Assembly (NCBI GenBank): GCA_041691135.1
Contig: JBEPVF010000014.1
Coordinates: 1-38,337 of the forward strand
DNA length: 38,337 nt
DNA from: Candidatus Peribacteria bacterium
GTDB lineage: Bacteria > Patescibacteriota > Gracilibacteria > Peribacterales > Peribacteraceae
Direction: 5' to 3'
A model generated the notes under the pieces. The model made no database searches, had not been told where the DNA came from, and was given only the letters and a program-made list of their open reading frames with translations. This document shows, piece by piece, positions 8,502 to 18,296 of this stretch; the first letter of the stretch is position 1, and every line of letters starts with the position of its first letter. Both the position numbers and the translations under genes were made by a program.

Positions 8502-11153
8502 TTAGAGTCCAAGCTGGTCGGCGACCGGCTTCATCGCATCGAGAGTAATTTGGATGAATTCATCCAGAGGAACACCCAGAAGCTCTTCGCATTTTTGGAT
8601 CTGCGACCGATCCACCTGCGCGGCGAATTCTTTCGTCTTCAGTTTCTTCGTTACACTCGATACCTCTACGTCGGCCAGTTTTTTACTCGGGCGGACTTTG
8701 GCAACGGCGATGATGAAGCCGGTGAGTTCATCAACGCAGTACAAACATTTTCGCAACATCGAATCCAGAGGATATTGATCACCGAACTTCATTGCATAGT
8801 GCGCACGGATATCGCCGATCAGTTCAGGCGGAGCTTGTATCGATGCCAGCATCTGTTCCAGCGTAGTACCACAGTGCTCTTCCCAGTCTTTATCCAATTT
8901 GTCCCAGTCCAGATCATGCAACATGCCGGCGACTTTCCAGGTCTTCGCATCGCCGCCGAACTTTTTGGCCAATGCTTCCATCGCAGCACCGGTGGCAATC
9001 AAGTGCGGTTTCGTTTGAGCGGTATTATCTTCCATGAGTGACTGGGCTGCCGGCAGAAGGTGACCGTACTGTGCATGTTCCATCAGCAAATGATCTTTGT
9101 CTTCGGTGAGCGCCGGAATAACAGGCGCTTTCTTGATCTCCAAAGCGGCTGCAGGAGGTGGCGGAGTCGGAGCAACAATCGGGGGAGTTGGCGTGGGCTG
9201 TTCGACAGGTTTGGGTGGTATCGGTGCCGGTTTGGGTTCAGATGGCGGCAATCCCAATGCTTCGGCAATAGCCGGTGTAGCGACGTCGGTAGGCGAAGGT
9301 TCCATCCGGCGCTTGAGGTTAGATTTCGGCTTCTGCAAGGGCTCTTTGGATTTTTCAGCTTTCTCAACGGGTCGCGACGGTACGAACTCAAACGTCGGTG
9401 TTTGCTCCTCGGATGCAAAGGTCGATTTCTTCATTGTCATCGGAGTACCGGGACCTGCGATCTTCGATGCGGCAGGTGGTTGAGCTTTGGCTGTTGCCGG
9501 TGCTGCTGGCGGTGGGTTCGGAAGTGGTTGGTCGACTGGAAGAGGCATGGGGGCTTCCTTCTTTGTATTCGTAATGGGAGCAACAGGTGGCATAATTTTT
9601 GCCACCGGTGCCTTTGAAACAGCAGCCGGCGTAGCAGCTGATGCTTTTGGGTCCTTCTTTTTTAGCTCGCTTGCATGCGCAGGATGTTCTTCGAGTGGCT
9701 TCATTAATGGGAAGAGCACTACGTCACGCAAATTCATCTGCTGAGTGATCAGTGCCACGATGCGATCGACGCCCATACCCCAACCGGAGCAAGGTGGGCA
9801 GCCATAACTCAGAGCCTGCACGTATGAGTCATCTTTGCGGTGCGCATCCGCATCGCCGCCGGCGTGGGCTTTGGCTTGGGCTTCGAAACGCTCGTTCTGA
9901 TCGACCGGATCGACGAGTTCGCTGTACGCATTCACGATCTCCCATCCGCCCACTACCAGCTGGAAACGGTCGGTAATCTTGTCGCTGTGATCATTGCGTC
10001 TGGCCAAAGGCGATAGCTCAATGGGATGTTCGATCAGGAAGGTCGGTTGCACGATATCCGGACGCGCCACTTTCTTATAAAGCTGATCGATCAGATTACC
10101 AAAACCGAGCTGGTCGATAGCCACATCGAGCTGAATTTTTTTCGACTTTATCTCTTTAGCTAGGGCTGAAGGCGAATCGAAATCCATGAAGTCGATCCCA
10201 CTTGCCTTCTTGATCGCATCCCGGATGCTTATCCGTGGCCAGGGGGCACGGAAGTCGACTTGGACCAGATTGCCATCGCGATCCGGAATGCTCACCAGCG
10301 TAGATCCGGTGAGTTCTGTGATGAGCGTACTGAGCATCTGTTCAGTGAACTCGATGTTCTTTTTGTAATCCCAGTAGGCTGCGTAGTGCTCCACCATCGT
10401 GAAGTCCTGCAGGTGGCTCGGATCCAGGCCCTCGTTGCGGAAGACACGCGCCACTTCGAAGACCCGATCGAAGCCGCCGATCAGACATTCCTTTAGGAAC
10501 GTTTCGGGAGCGATCCGCAGAAAAACATCGAGGTCATATGCTTCGTGGTGAGTACGAAAGGGGGTGGCGAGCGCGCCCGAAGCGGCATTCACCAGCACCG
10601 GCGTTTCGACTTCAATAAACTGATTCTTCCAGTAAAACTCCCGCAGTAGACGCAGAAATTTGCTCCGTGCCTCGAACCGCTCCAGCGTCTCACGATTGCT
10701 CAGCATATCCAAATACCGCTGACGCCAAGATATCTCTTGATCCGCAATCCCATGCCACTTTTCGGGCGGTTGGTTGAGGGATTTCGTCAGCATCACCCAT
10801 TCTTTGATGAGCAATGTCGGTTCGCCTTTCTGAGTCGTGAACTTCTCTCCGTGTACGCCGATAAAATCGCCGCGATCGAGCAGATGGAGAAGCTCTTTGT
10901 AGGCATCTTTGCCCAATGTGTCCTGCTTGAAACAAATCTGCAGTCGATCGGTATGGTCCTGCAGGGTGGCGAACGTCAGCTTGCCCATATCGCGCATCAG
11001 CATCAGGCGACCGGCCACGTGTGCGACCATTCCATCGGTGAGTCCTTTTGCTTCGCCAAGTGTATGCGTACGCTCGAAACTTGCCGCGTACGGCTGCTTG
11101 CCGCTGTCACGCAACTTCTTCGCCTTCTCGAGTCGAAACGGATCGATGTCCAT
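8502..11153 (-). CDS. lysS: class II lysyl-tRNA synthetase fused through a Pro/Ala/Lys-rich linker to a C-terminal HD-domain protein
   Basis: OB-fold anticodon domain (AGRLM..R.MGKLTF), motif 1 FIEVETP, LRIAPE, motif 2 FRNEG, EIVNAYSEL.DP.DQ, motif 3 GMGVDR and DVVLFPLMK at about aa 485. Then a low-complexity linker and an H...AGMLHDLD...H...DELTG domain. Confidence 0.95.
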   Translation of the reverse strand: MDIDPFRLEKAKKLRDSGKQPYAASFERTHTLGEAKGLTDGMVAHVAGRLMLMRDMGKLTFATLQDHTDRLQICFKQDTLGKDAYKELLHLLDRGDFIGVHGEKFTTQKGEPTLLIKEWVMLTKSLNQPPEKWHGIADQEISWRQRYLDMLSNRETLERFEARSKFLRLLREFYWKNQFIEVETPVLVNAASGALATPFRTHHEAYDLDVFLRIAPETFLKECLIGGFDRVFEVARVFRNEGLDPSHLQDFTMVEHYAAYWDYKKNIEFTEQMLSTLITELTGSTLVSIPDRDGNLVQVDFRAPWPRISIRDAIKKASGIDFMDFDSPSALAKEIKSKKIQLDVAIDQLGFGNLIDQLYKKVARPDIVQPTFLIEHPIELSPLARRNDHSDKITDRFQLVVGGWEIVNAYSELVDPVDQNERFEAQAKAHAGGDADAHRKDDSYVQALSYGCPPCSGWGMGVDRIVALITQQMNLRDVVLFPLMKPLEEHPAHASELKKKDPKASAATPAAVSKAPVAKIMPPVAPITNTKKEAPMPLPVDQPLPNPPPAAPATAKAQPPAASKIAGPGTPMTMKKSTFASEEQTPTFEFVPSRPVEKAEKSKEPLQKPKSNLKRRMEPSPTDVATPAIAEALGLPPSEPKPAPIPPKPVEQPTPTPPIVAPTPPPPAAALEIKKAPVIPALTEDKDHLLMEHAQYGHLLPAAQSLMEDNTAQTKPHLIATGAAMEALAKKFGGDAKTWKVAGMLHDLDWDKLDKDWEEHCGTTLEQMLASIQAPPELIGDIRAHYAMKFGDQYPLDSMLRKCLYCVDELTGFIIAVAKVRPSKKLADVEVSSVTKKLKTKEFAAQVDRSQIQKCEELLGVPLDEFIQITLDAMKPVADQLGL

Positions 11154-11247
11154 GGCTGACAGGATAGCGAAGTTCGGAGGTGCGACAAATGGAGAACGTC
11201 ATATCAAAAAAACGGACATGACGAATCAGGGATGCTCACTGTGATTT

Positions 11248-12540
11248 TTATGCCGTGATTTTTGTCTCCTCAGTGGCGTGCAGTGCGAGCAAAAAAACCA
11301 TCAGTCCGCTCACCAGATAATAGTAGTTGCAGTAGGCACGTGCACCGAACAGGAAGATGGCAAAGGTGGTGATGGTTGTGGCGAATAGATACCCGCGCAG
11401 AGGAGGGAGACGACGAAAAATAACGAAGGTGAGAAGTCCCGCGGCGATACCACTAATCAGACTAACCGTGCTGCTGAGTTCGATCCCGTACTGCATCAAA
11501 AGCGGAGCGAAATTTAGACTGTCGGCCGATGCGCTTCCCTGCAGGTTATAGAGAATGCCATTCTCCCACAGGCCGTGTGGCGAAATCAGCAGGAACGGAA
11601 TAGCGGTGAGGATCGCGGTGCCTATCATGATCCCCAATTGCGTCCAACGCCGCTCCAGCAGGAACCAGTGCAGGACAAAGAAGATCAGGTATTGCTTGAG
11701 ACTCAGCATGTATCCGTAGACAGCCGCCGACCAACGTTCACGGCCGTTCTGTCGCAGCAGGAGAAAGACCGAAAACATGAGCAGAATAAGCGGGTCGAGC
11801 CACGCTTGTTCCAGTACAAACAATGCGCGCGGATGAAACAGAAAAATCAGCGTGAGCAATTGGCGCCGTCGCATGCTTTGTCCTTTTGTAAGCGACCAGA
11901 TCGTCCATGCCACGAAGAGTTCGGCGAACACGTAGATGTAGCGCGCATCTTTGAACAGCACGTAGGCGATCGTGTGGAGATATAGATCGGCGGGCGGATA
12001 CACGTATCCTTGCAGCACAGGCGTGAGACTGCCGTACACGTCTCTTACCGGCGTGGAGTAGGGGTCCAACCCGTTGAGCATGTGCGCGACGGATTCCTGG
12101 ATGTCTGCGAATACATCGATCACGGGCTTTGGCGATGCAATCGGCATCAGGATCCGATAAGTAACGGCAAGTACGATGGCCAGAATGAAAAAGCTGCGCG
12201 TCATCGTAGTCCGCTTTGTCAGAAATGCGATCGGTGCGAGGAGGGCCAATAACACTGTCGTCAGATGGACAAAGAGTACGTAATTATTGTTGCCGATGTA
12301 GATGCCGGGCGGATGAAAAAGCGACAAGACTAAAAAGAAAATGAAGGCGGCCGTCAGAAGCCGGTCGGAACCGGCTGCGATCCGTGTCGGATATTTGCGC
12401 GCCCAAAAGCCTGCAATACACACGCCCAAAAAACTCAGACACACGCACGCCAAACCGTACGGCGTATACGCGGCGTTGTGTTGGAACATGGCGAACGCCA
12501 ACAGGGTATACGAGCCGACCAATAAGCTACCTGTCGTCAT
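11248..12540 (-). CDS. polytopic membrane protein, probable GT-C-fold glycosyltransferase (GT87/DUF2029-like)
   Basis: About 10-12 hydrophobic segments; first-loop acidic motif IDVF, G.DPY, YVYPP and KQY pattern typical of GT87-like enzymes. Confidence 0.6.
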   Translation of the reverse strand: MTTGSLLVGSYTLLAFAMFQHNAAYTPYGLACVCLSFLGVCIAGFWARKYPTRIAAGSDRLLTAAFIFFLVLSLFHPPGIYIGNNNYVLFVHLTTVLLALLAPIAFLTKRTTMTRSFFILAIVLAVTYRILMPIASPKPVIDVFADIQESVAHMLNGLDPYSTPVRDVYGSLTPVLQGYVYPPADLYLHTIAYVLFKDARYIYVFAELFVAWTIWSLTKGQSMRRRQLLTLIFLFHPRALFVLEQAWLDPLILLMFSVFLLLRQNGRERWSAAVYGYMLSLKQYLIFFVLHWFLLERRWTQLGIMIGTAILTAIPFLLISPHGLWENGILYNLQGSASADSLNFAPLLMQYGIELSSTVSLISGIAAGLLTFVIFRRLPPLRGYLFATTITTFAIFLFGARAYCNYYYLVSGLMVFLLALHATEETKITA

Positions 12541-12585
12541 ACAGTCAATTGGATGTCAGTCTAACAATGTGTACGCTGATCTCCA

Positions 12586-13803
12586 ATGTTGTGGACGCAT
12601 CGTGCCGGCATGGCTGCTGCTTTCCTAGGATCGCTCCTGTTAGTGACTCCTGCTTTCGCCGCGTTCTCCGATGTCCCATCCTCACACGTCAATGCTGATG
12701 CGATTGCATACGTGCAGACGAAAGGAATCGTGCAAGGCTATGCCGATGGATCCTTCAAACCGGATGCGCCGATCAACCGGGCCGAGTTCGTACAGATTCT
12801 GATGAATGCCATCTATGGTCCAAGTGCGGTGCCCATGCATCCGACATGTTTTTCGGATGTCGACAGTGCGGCGTGGTACAACCGAGCCGTGTGTCTGGCG
12901 GTCGACAAAGAAGCGGTCGGTGGTTATTCCGATGGGACGTTCCGGCCCGCACAGAACATCAACTTCGCTGAGGCGGCCAAGATCATCACCAATGTGATGG
13001 GCAGCGTCCATGTATCGCCGGACGACATCAGTCCGTACTTTCCGTGGTACAAGCTCTATATTGATGCGCTGGCGAATCAGCAGACGGTTCCCACTGATGT
13101 GATGTCCTTTGATTCGCCGCTCACGCGCGGACAGATGGCTGAGCTGATTTTCCGCTTGCAGATGCAGAATATCTCCAAGCCGTCGAAGACGTACAACGAT
13201 CTGGCCGGCTCGAAAGCCGAACTCATTCCGTTCGAGAATATCGACATTCCGCTCTCGTTCTCGTACCCGATCGGTTGGGGTGATGTGGAGAATAATCCCT
13301 TTGCTCCGAATACGTACACGTACCAATTTTCAGAATTGAAAAATTCTCCGAGCATCGAGATCGATCTGCTCCCCTACGACACCGGAGTCCATCGTTTCGT
13401 CACCGAGTGCCAAGGGTGCGGCGAAGGATCGAGTGCCGAGCAGCATGATCTGATTCAGGAAAAAGTCGATCTGGAAGCAAAGACAAATGTGACTGTTGCC
13501 GGCTACAAGGCACTGGAGAAAGATTTTTATTCGGGTGAAGGAGGAAACCTTTCGCGCAGCTATGAATTCTTTTCGAAGAATTATCGTGTGCAAGCCTATG
13601 CCAACTATGGGATTGATCCGGCGGTCATCTATCCGAATGCCACCGGTGGCACATCAGTGACAGAGCTGGTACAGGCCGAACTTGGGTTAGAAGCCAAAGA
13701 TCCTATCCATCGTCTCATCCAGAAACATCCGGATCAAAACGGTATGAAGCAGTTCTACGATAACTTCGACGCGTTCGTACAGACGATGAATTTCTCTCAC
13801 TAG
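12586..13803 (+). CDS. secreted S-layer homology (SLH) domain protein
   Basis: Signal peptide ending PAFA-A; SLH repeats FSDV...GIVQGYADGSFKPDAPINRAEF and FSDV...GGYSDGTFRPAQNINFAEA, plus a partial third (LTRGQMA). Confidence 0.9.
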   Translation: MLWTHRAGMAAAFLGSLLLVTPAFAAFSDVPSSHVNADAIAYVQTKGIVQGYADGSFKPDAPINRAEFVQILMNAIYGPSAVPMHPTCFSDVDSAAWYNRAVCLAVDKEAVGGYSDGTFRPAQNINFAEAAKIITNVMGSVHVSPDDISPYFPWYKLYIDALANQQTVPTDVMSFDSPLTRGQMAELIFRLQMQNISKPSKTYNDLAGSKAELIPFENIDIPLSFSYPIGWGDVENNPFAPNTYTYQFSELKNSPSIEIDLLPYDTGVHRFVTECQGCGEGSSAEQHDLIQEKVDLEAKTNVTVAGYKALEKDFYSGEGGNLSRSYEFFSKNYRVQAYANYGIDPAVIYPNATGGTSVTELVQAELGLEAKDPIHRLIQKHPDQNGMKQFYDNFDAFVQTMNFSH

Positions 13804-13895
13804 TCAGCATAATGAAGAGCTGAAGAGATGCTGATGCGCCCACCTAAGGAAGCGTTTCTGACTGGGTGGTCTTATTCAGTTTACGAAAAAAGAAG

Positions 13896-13925
13896 TTGAC
13901 TCTGCTGCTGTTCTATCACTAAACT
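13896..13925 (+). promoter_or_regulatory. promoter of the ribosomal protein cluster (TTGACT-18-TAAACT)
   Basis: TTGACT at 13896-13901 preceded by an A-tract; TAAACT at 13920-13925. Confidence 0.6.
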
Positions 13926-14045
13926 GCCGGCGCTTTCGAGTCGTGTCTTCGTTTTGAAGCCACGCTTGTGTTCCAGTCTGCCTTTCCCTTGGGAAACAAG
14001 CCGACCAGACGAACCTCCAAGCTTTCATTTTTCACCGCCTCTTTT

Positions 14046-14645
14046 GTGTCTAACGGTCTTATTGCCAAGAAGGTCGGCATGTCTCGCATTTTTTTGCCCA
14101 CGGGCGAAGCGATTGCCGTTACCTACCTGGCCGTCGAGCCAAATGTGGTCGTGCGGACCAAGACCAAGGAAAAGGATGGCTATAACGCCGTCGTATTGGG
14201 TATTGGTGCCAAAAAGTGGAAGAGCCGCAAGGGCAAGGAGAATGTCCGCTATGCGCATCAAAAGGAATGGAAGGTCGAATCGCTCGAGGGACTCGAGCCA
14301 GGAAAAGAGGTGACAGCTGACATACTGCCAGCTGAGACCATAGTTACCATCACTGGAACGTCAAAAGGAAAGGGTTTCCAGGGAGTTGTGCGCCGCCACG
14401 GGTTTGCCGGCGGTCCCAAGACCCACGGATCGCACTTTAAGCGTGAGCCGGGATCGGTCGGAATGCGCGCCCAGCCAGGACGTATCTTCAAAGGACACCG
14501 CATGGCCGGACACATGGGTCACGAGACCGTCACGGTCCAGCATCGTCCTATTATGCGCGCCGATCTGGAGAAAGGAGTAATTGCCATCAAAGGCCCGGTT
14601 CCGGGACCGAACGGTTGCACCGTGTTCCTCACCAAAGAATCATGA
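14046..14645 (+). CDS. rplC: 50S ribosomal protein L3
   Basis: GTG start giving MSNGLIAKKVGMS; DGYNAV, SKGKGFQGVVRRHGF, THGSH, REPGSVG and GPVPG. Confidence 0.97.
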   Translation: MSNGLIAKKVGMSRIFLPTGEAIAVTYLAVEPNVVVRTKTKEKDGYNAVVLGIGAKKWKSRKGKENVRYAHQKEWKVESLEGLEPGKEVTADILPAETIVTITGTSKGKGFQGVVRRHGFAGGPKTHGSHFKREPGSVGMRAQPGRIFKGHRMAGHMGHETVTVQHRPIMRADLEKGVIAIKGPVPGPNGCTVFLTKES

Positions 14646-15406
14646 CCATCGATGTGTATTCCGCCACCGGCAGCAAGAACGGAACAGTGGATCTCCCGGA
14701 GACGCTCTTCGGCGCACGTATCAACCATGGCCTGATGCACCAGGCAGTTGTGGCTCAGCAGAGCAATCGCCGCACGGCCATCGCCCACACCAAGAACCGT
14801 GGCGAAGTGCAAGGTTCTACCCGCAAGCTGTACGCCCAAAAGCACACCGGCCGCGCCCGCCGTGGCTCCATCCGCAGTCCGCTGCTCCGTGGGGGCGGCA
14901 AGGCATTCGGTTCGCGCAATAACGAGAATTTCATTAAGGATATGCCAAAATCCATGCGTCGTGCGGCTCTGTTTTCCTGTCTTTCGTGGCAGGCTAAGAA
15001 AGGCGCGATCCTGGGCCTGGAAGAGTATCCAGATACCGTCAAAACCAAGCAGATGCACGGCCTGCTGACCAAGTTGCCAGTCGATATCGGCCGCAAGATC
15101 CTCATCGTACTTCCGGCTCGTCATAAAGGTATTGAATTCTCGACGCGTAATATTCAAGGCATCAAGACGATTACCGCTGCCTACCTCAATCCCGAAGATA
15201 TCCTCAATGCCCGTCACATCATTTTCGTCAGCGATAGCATCAAGAAGGCCGACGAGATCTTTGGCACCAGAGCATCGAAGGTGAAAGTAAAAGAAGAGGT
15301 GGCCAAGGTGGCAACCGAAAAGAAGGTGAAGAAGACGGCTACGAAGAAATCTCCTGCAACCAAAACGAAGAAACCCACTTCTAAATCTGATTCCTCCGCA
15401 TCCTAA
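14642..15406 (+). CDS. rplD: 50S ribosomal protein L4 with Lys-rich C-terminal extension
   Basis: TKNRGEVQGSTRKLYAQKHTGRARRGS.RSP...GGG. ATGA overlap with the rplC stop. Confidence 0.97.
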   Translation: MTIDVYSATGSKNGTVDLPETLFGARINHGLMHQAVVAQQSNRRTAIAHTKNRGEVQGSTRKLYAQKHTGRARRGSIRSPLLRGGGKAFGSRNNENFIKDMPKSMRRAALFSCLSWQAKKGAILGLEEYPDTVKTKQMHGLLTKLPVDIGRKILIVLPARHKGIEFSTRNIQGIKTITAAYLNPEDILNARHIIFVSDSIKKADEIFGTRASKVKVKEEVAKVATEKKVKKTATKKSPATKTKKPTSKSDSSAS

Positions 15407-15711
15407 TGGATCTTTCTCGCGTCATCCTCGGCCCGGTTGTGACGGAAAAGGCAGAGCGCTTGAAGGCAGATGCCACGCATCGGACATACACGCTGCGCGT
15501 AGTGCCGGAGGCGACCAAAATCGATGTCACCAATGCCATCAAGCGATTCTACGATCTGGAAGTCGAGAGCGTGCGTGTGCTCCACACTCGTCCCAAGGTG
15601 CGTCAGATCGGAAAGGGGACTATGGAGAAGCGTCATCGCACCAAAAAGGTAATGGTCACGCTCGTATCCGGGAGTAAGCCGCTCGATCTTACTGCTTTCC
15701 ATACTGCTTAA
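15406..15711 (+). CDS. rplW: 50S ribosomal protein L23
   Basis: PVVTEKA, ATKIDV..A and KKVMVTL; TAATG overlap; gene order. Confidence 0.96.
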   Translation: MDLSRVILGPVVTEKAERLKADATHRTYTLRVVPEATKIDVTNAIKRFYDLEVESVRVLHTRPKVRQIGKGTMEKRHRTKKVMVTLVSGSKPLDLTAFHTA

Positions 15712-15758
15712 TTACCGCGGGCTGAATGCTCGCTCTCCAGATTCCTGATTTATCTCTC

Positions 15759-16604
15759 ATGCCTATCCGCAAGCCTAAACCAACGACTCCCGCACGACGT
15801 CAGATGACGATCGCGGATTTCTCTGGCCTGGCGAAGAAGCGGCCGGAGAAGCGTCTTTCAAGCGGCAAGAAGCAGAATGCCGGACGCAACAGCATGGGAC
15901 GTGTGTCGATCCGTCACCGTGGCGGCGGACACAAGCGGTTGCTGCGCGAAATCGACTTTAAGCAGCTGCACAAGATGAACGTGCCGGGTACGGTCGCATC
16001 CATCGAGTACGATCCGAACCGTTCGGCCCGCATTGCATTGATTCACTACGCCGATGGCGACAAACGCTACATTCTGGCGCCGGAAGGTCTCAAGGCCGGT
16101 GATCAGGTGATGGCTGGCAAGCGCACCAAAGTGAAGCTCGGCAATCGCATGGAAATGCAGTACATCCCGGTGGGTTACCGTGTGTACAATGTGGAACTCA
16201 AACTGGGCAAAGGCGGACAGATCGTCCGTTCAGCCGGTACGTCTGCCACTCTGGTCGGCTTCGACGGCGACTACGCCATCGTCCAATTGCCATCGAGCGA
16301 AATCCGCAAAGTGCGCAAGGAGTGTGCGGCATCCATTGGAACGGTCAGCAATCCTGAGCACAACCTCATCACGATCGGCAAGGCCGGACGCATGCGCTGG
16401 ATGGGTTGGCGTCCCACTGTTCTGGGTAAATCCATGAACGCAGTCGACCACCCGCACGGCGGAGGAGAAGGCCACAGCCCGATCGGTCTGAAGGCACCGA
16501 AGACGCCATGGGGAAAGAAGGCACTCGGCGTGAAGACACGTCGCAAACGCAAGGCAACCGATATGATCGTTCGCCGCCGCACGCGCAAAAAGAAGAAACG
16601 CTAG
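15759..16604 (+). CDS. rplB: 50S ribosomal protein L2
   Basis: RHRGGGHKR, IEYDPNRSARIAL, GKAGR.RW and MNAVDHPHGGGEG. ATG at 15759. Confidence 0.98.
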   Translation: MPIRKPKPTTPARRQMTIADFSGLAKKRPEKRLSSGKKQNAGRNSMGRVSIRHRGGGHKRLLREIDFKQLHKMNVPGTVASIEYDPNRSARIALIHYADGDKRYILAPEGLKAGDQVMAGKRTKVKLGNRMEMQYIPVGYRVYNVELKLGKGGQIVRSAGTSATLVGFDGDYAIVQLPSSEIRKVRKECAASIGTVSNPEHNLITIGKAGRMRWMGWRPTVLGKSMNAVDHPHGGGEGHSPIGLKAPKTPWGKKALGVKTRRKRKATDMIVRRRTRKKKKR

Positions 16605-16697
16605 ATCAGTGATCAATAGGCAGAAGACAGTAGTCAGTCTGCTTACGATCCTCCACTCCTTTGACCACTCACTCCTGACTTCTCTCTACTCACCCTC

Positions 16698-17009
16698 ATG
16701 TCCCGCTCTCTCTCCAAAGGCCCGTACGTCGACCCCAAGCTCTTTAAAAAGGTCATGAAGATGGTCCAGAATTCGGAGAAGAAGATTATCAAGACCTGGG
16801 CGCGCGACAGTGATATCCCACCGGAGTTCGTCGGCTTCACCTTCGCTGTCCACAATGGCAAAGACTTCGTGCCGGTGTATGTCACCGAACAGATGGTAGG
16901 GCACAAACTCGGAGAATTCGCCTGGACCACCAAGTTTAAGGGCCACGGTGGCAAAGCTGCCACCACCGTCGCGCCGGTTGCGTCACCGTCTCCTGGTCCC
17001 AAATCCTGA
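16698..17009 (+). CDS. rpsS: 30S ribosomal protein S19
   Basis: [22 protein letters not shown] and MVGHKLGEF. Confidence 0.98.
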   Translation: MSRSLSKGPYVDPKLFKKVMKMVQNSEKKIIKTWARDSDIPPEFVGFTFAVHNGKDFVPVYVTEQMVGHKLGEFAWTTKFKGHGGKAATTVAPVASPSPGPKS

Positions 17010-17049
17010 TACCTGACGCTTCATTCACGCGTCTCTCTTCCATTCACCC

Positions 17050-17586
17050 ATGAAAGCTTCCGTCACCTCCATCCGCATCGCTCCCAAGAAGGCAAACATC
17101 ATTGCCCGAATGGTCCGCGGCATGCCCGTGCCGGTCGCCATGGAAGCGTTGCGACGCACGCACAAGAAGGCGGCGCGCATCGTTGAGCTTCTCCTTCGCT
17201 CTGCCATCGCCAATGCATCGCACAACGACAAGCAGAGTCCGCAGACGATGGTCATCAAGACAATCGTGGTGAACCAGGGTCAGCCGTTCCATCGCGGTGT
17301 TCCGATGGCTCGCGGCCGTATGCGCCCGATGAAGAAATATCTGAGTCACATCTCGCTCACGCTCGGATTCCCGGGCGATGAAACTCCGACAGGGAAGAAG
17401 GCAAAGGATTCGACGGCACCGAAGAAATCAACGGATAAATCCGGTAAAGCATCTTCACAGTCGGCGAAAACTCCTGTAAAAACGTCACGCTCACCTGCAA
17501 AAGCAGACAAGAAATCCGCGACTGCCACGAGCAAGTCTTCGGACTCCTCGGTTTCGTCGGATTCATCCGCTTCTCCTTCCGCCTAA
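17050..17586 (+). CDS. rplV: 50S ribosomal protein L22 with long Lys/Ser-rich tail
   Basis: RIAPKKA, LLRSAIANA and ARGR....K..SHI; gene order. Confidence 0.97.
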   Translation: MKASVTSIRIAPKKANIIARMVRGMPVPVAMEALRRTHKKAARIVELLLRSAIANASHNDKQSPQTMVIKTIVVNQGQPFHRGVPMARGRMRPMKKYLSHISLTLGFPGDETPTGKKAKDSTAPKKSTDKSGKASSQSAKTPVKTSRSPAKADKKSATATSKSSDSSVSSDSSASPSA

Positions 17587-17589
17587 CAC

Positions 17590-18273
17590 ATGGGTCAAAA
17601 AGTTAACCCCAACGGCTTCCGCATCGGATTCACGCGTACGTGGCCGAGCACCTGGTTTGCGAAGGGCCCGAAGTTCAAGGAGCTCTTGCTCCAAGACGTG
17701 AACATCAGGCGCTATATCCGTGATCGCGTGAAAGAAGGTGGTATCGCCGATATCGAAATCGATCGCAGCAAAAAAGTCACCGTTACCATCCACACCAGCA
17801 AGCCGGGAGTTCTGATCGGCAAGCAGGGTGCCGCTATCGAAGAGATGCGCAAGGATCTCGAGAAGCAGTTCACCGGATCGTTCCTGGTGGAAGTGCAGGA
17901 AGTGCGCAACCCGGATGCCAATGCCGATGTGATCGCCGAAACGATCCAAGGTCAGATTCAGCGCCGCATGCCGTACCGCCGCGCAGTCAAAATGGCCATC
18001 GAAAAAGGCATGCAGGCCGGTGCGATCGGCGTGAAGATCACCGTATCGGGTCGTCTGAACGGCGCAGAAATCGCTCGCGATGACCTATTCAAGCAAGGCA
18101 ACATTCCTTTGCAGACCCTCCGTGCGAACATCCAGTACGCCAAACGCCATGCCCTCACCAAGTTCGGCACGATCGGCGTTCAGGTGTGGGTCTATAAGGG
18201 AATGGTGTTCAAAAAGATACAGCAGGCACAGTCCGCCAGTCTTTCATCCGGTTCCCAGTCGCAGGCCGCGTAA
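17590..18273 (+). CDS. rpsC: 30S ribosomal protein S3
   Basis: [33 protein letters not shown] and PLQTLRA. Confidence 0.98.
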   Translation: MGQKVNPNGFRIGFTRTWPSTWFAKGPKFKELLLQDVNIRRYIRDRVKEGGIADIEIDRSKKVTVTIHTSKPGVLIGKQGAAIEEMRKDLEKQFTGSFLVEVQEVRNPDANADVIAETIQGQIQRRMPYRRAVKMAIEKGMQAGAIGVKITVSGRLNGAEIARDDLFKQGNIPLQTLRANIQYAKRHALTKFGTIGVQVWVYKGMVFKKIQQAQSASLSSGSQSQAA

Positions 18274-18296
18274 CGTAATTCATTTATTCTCCACCC

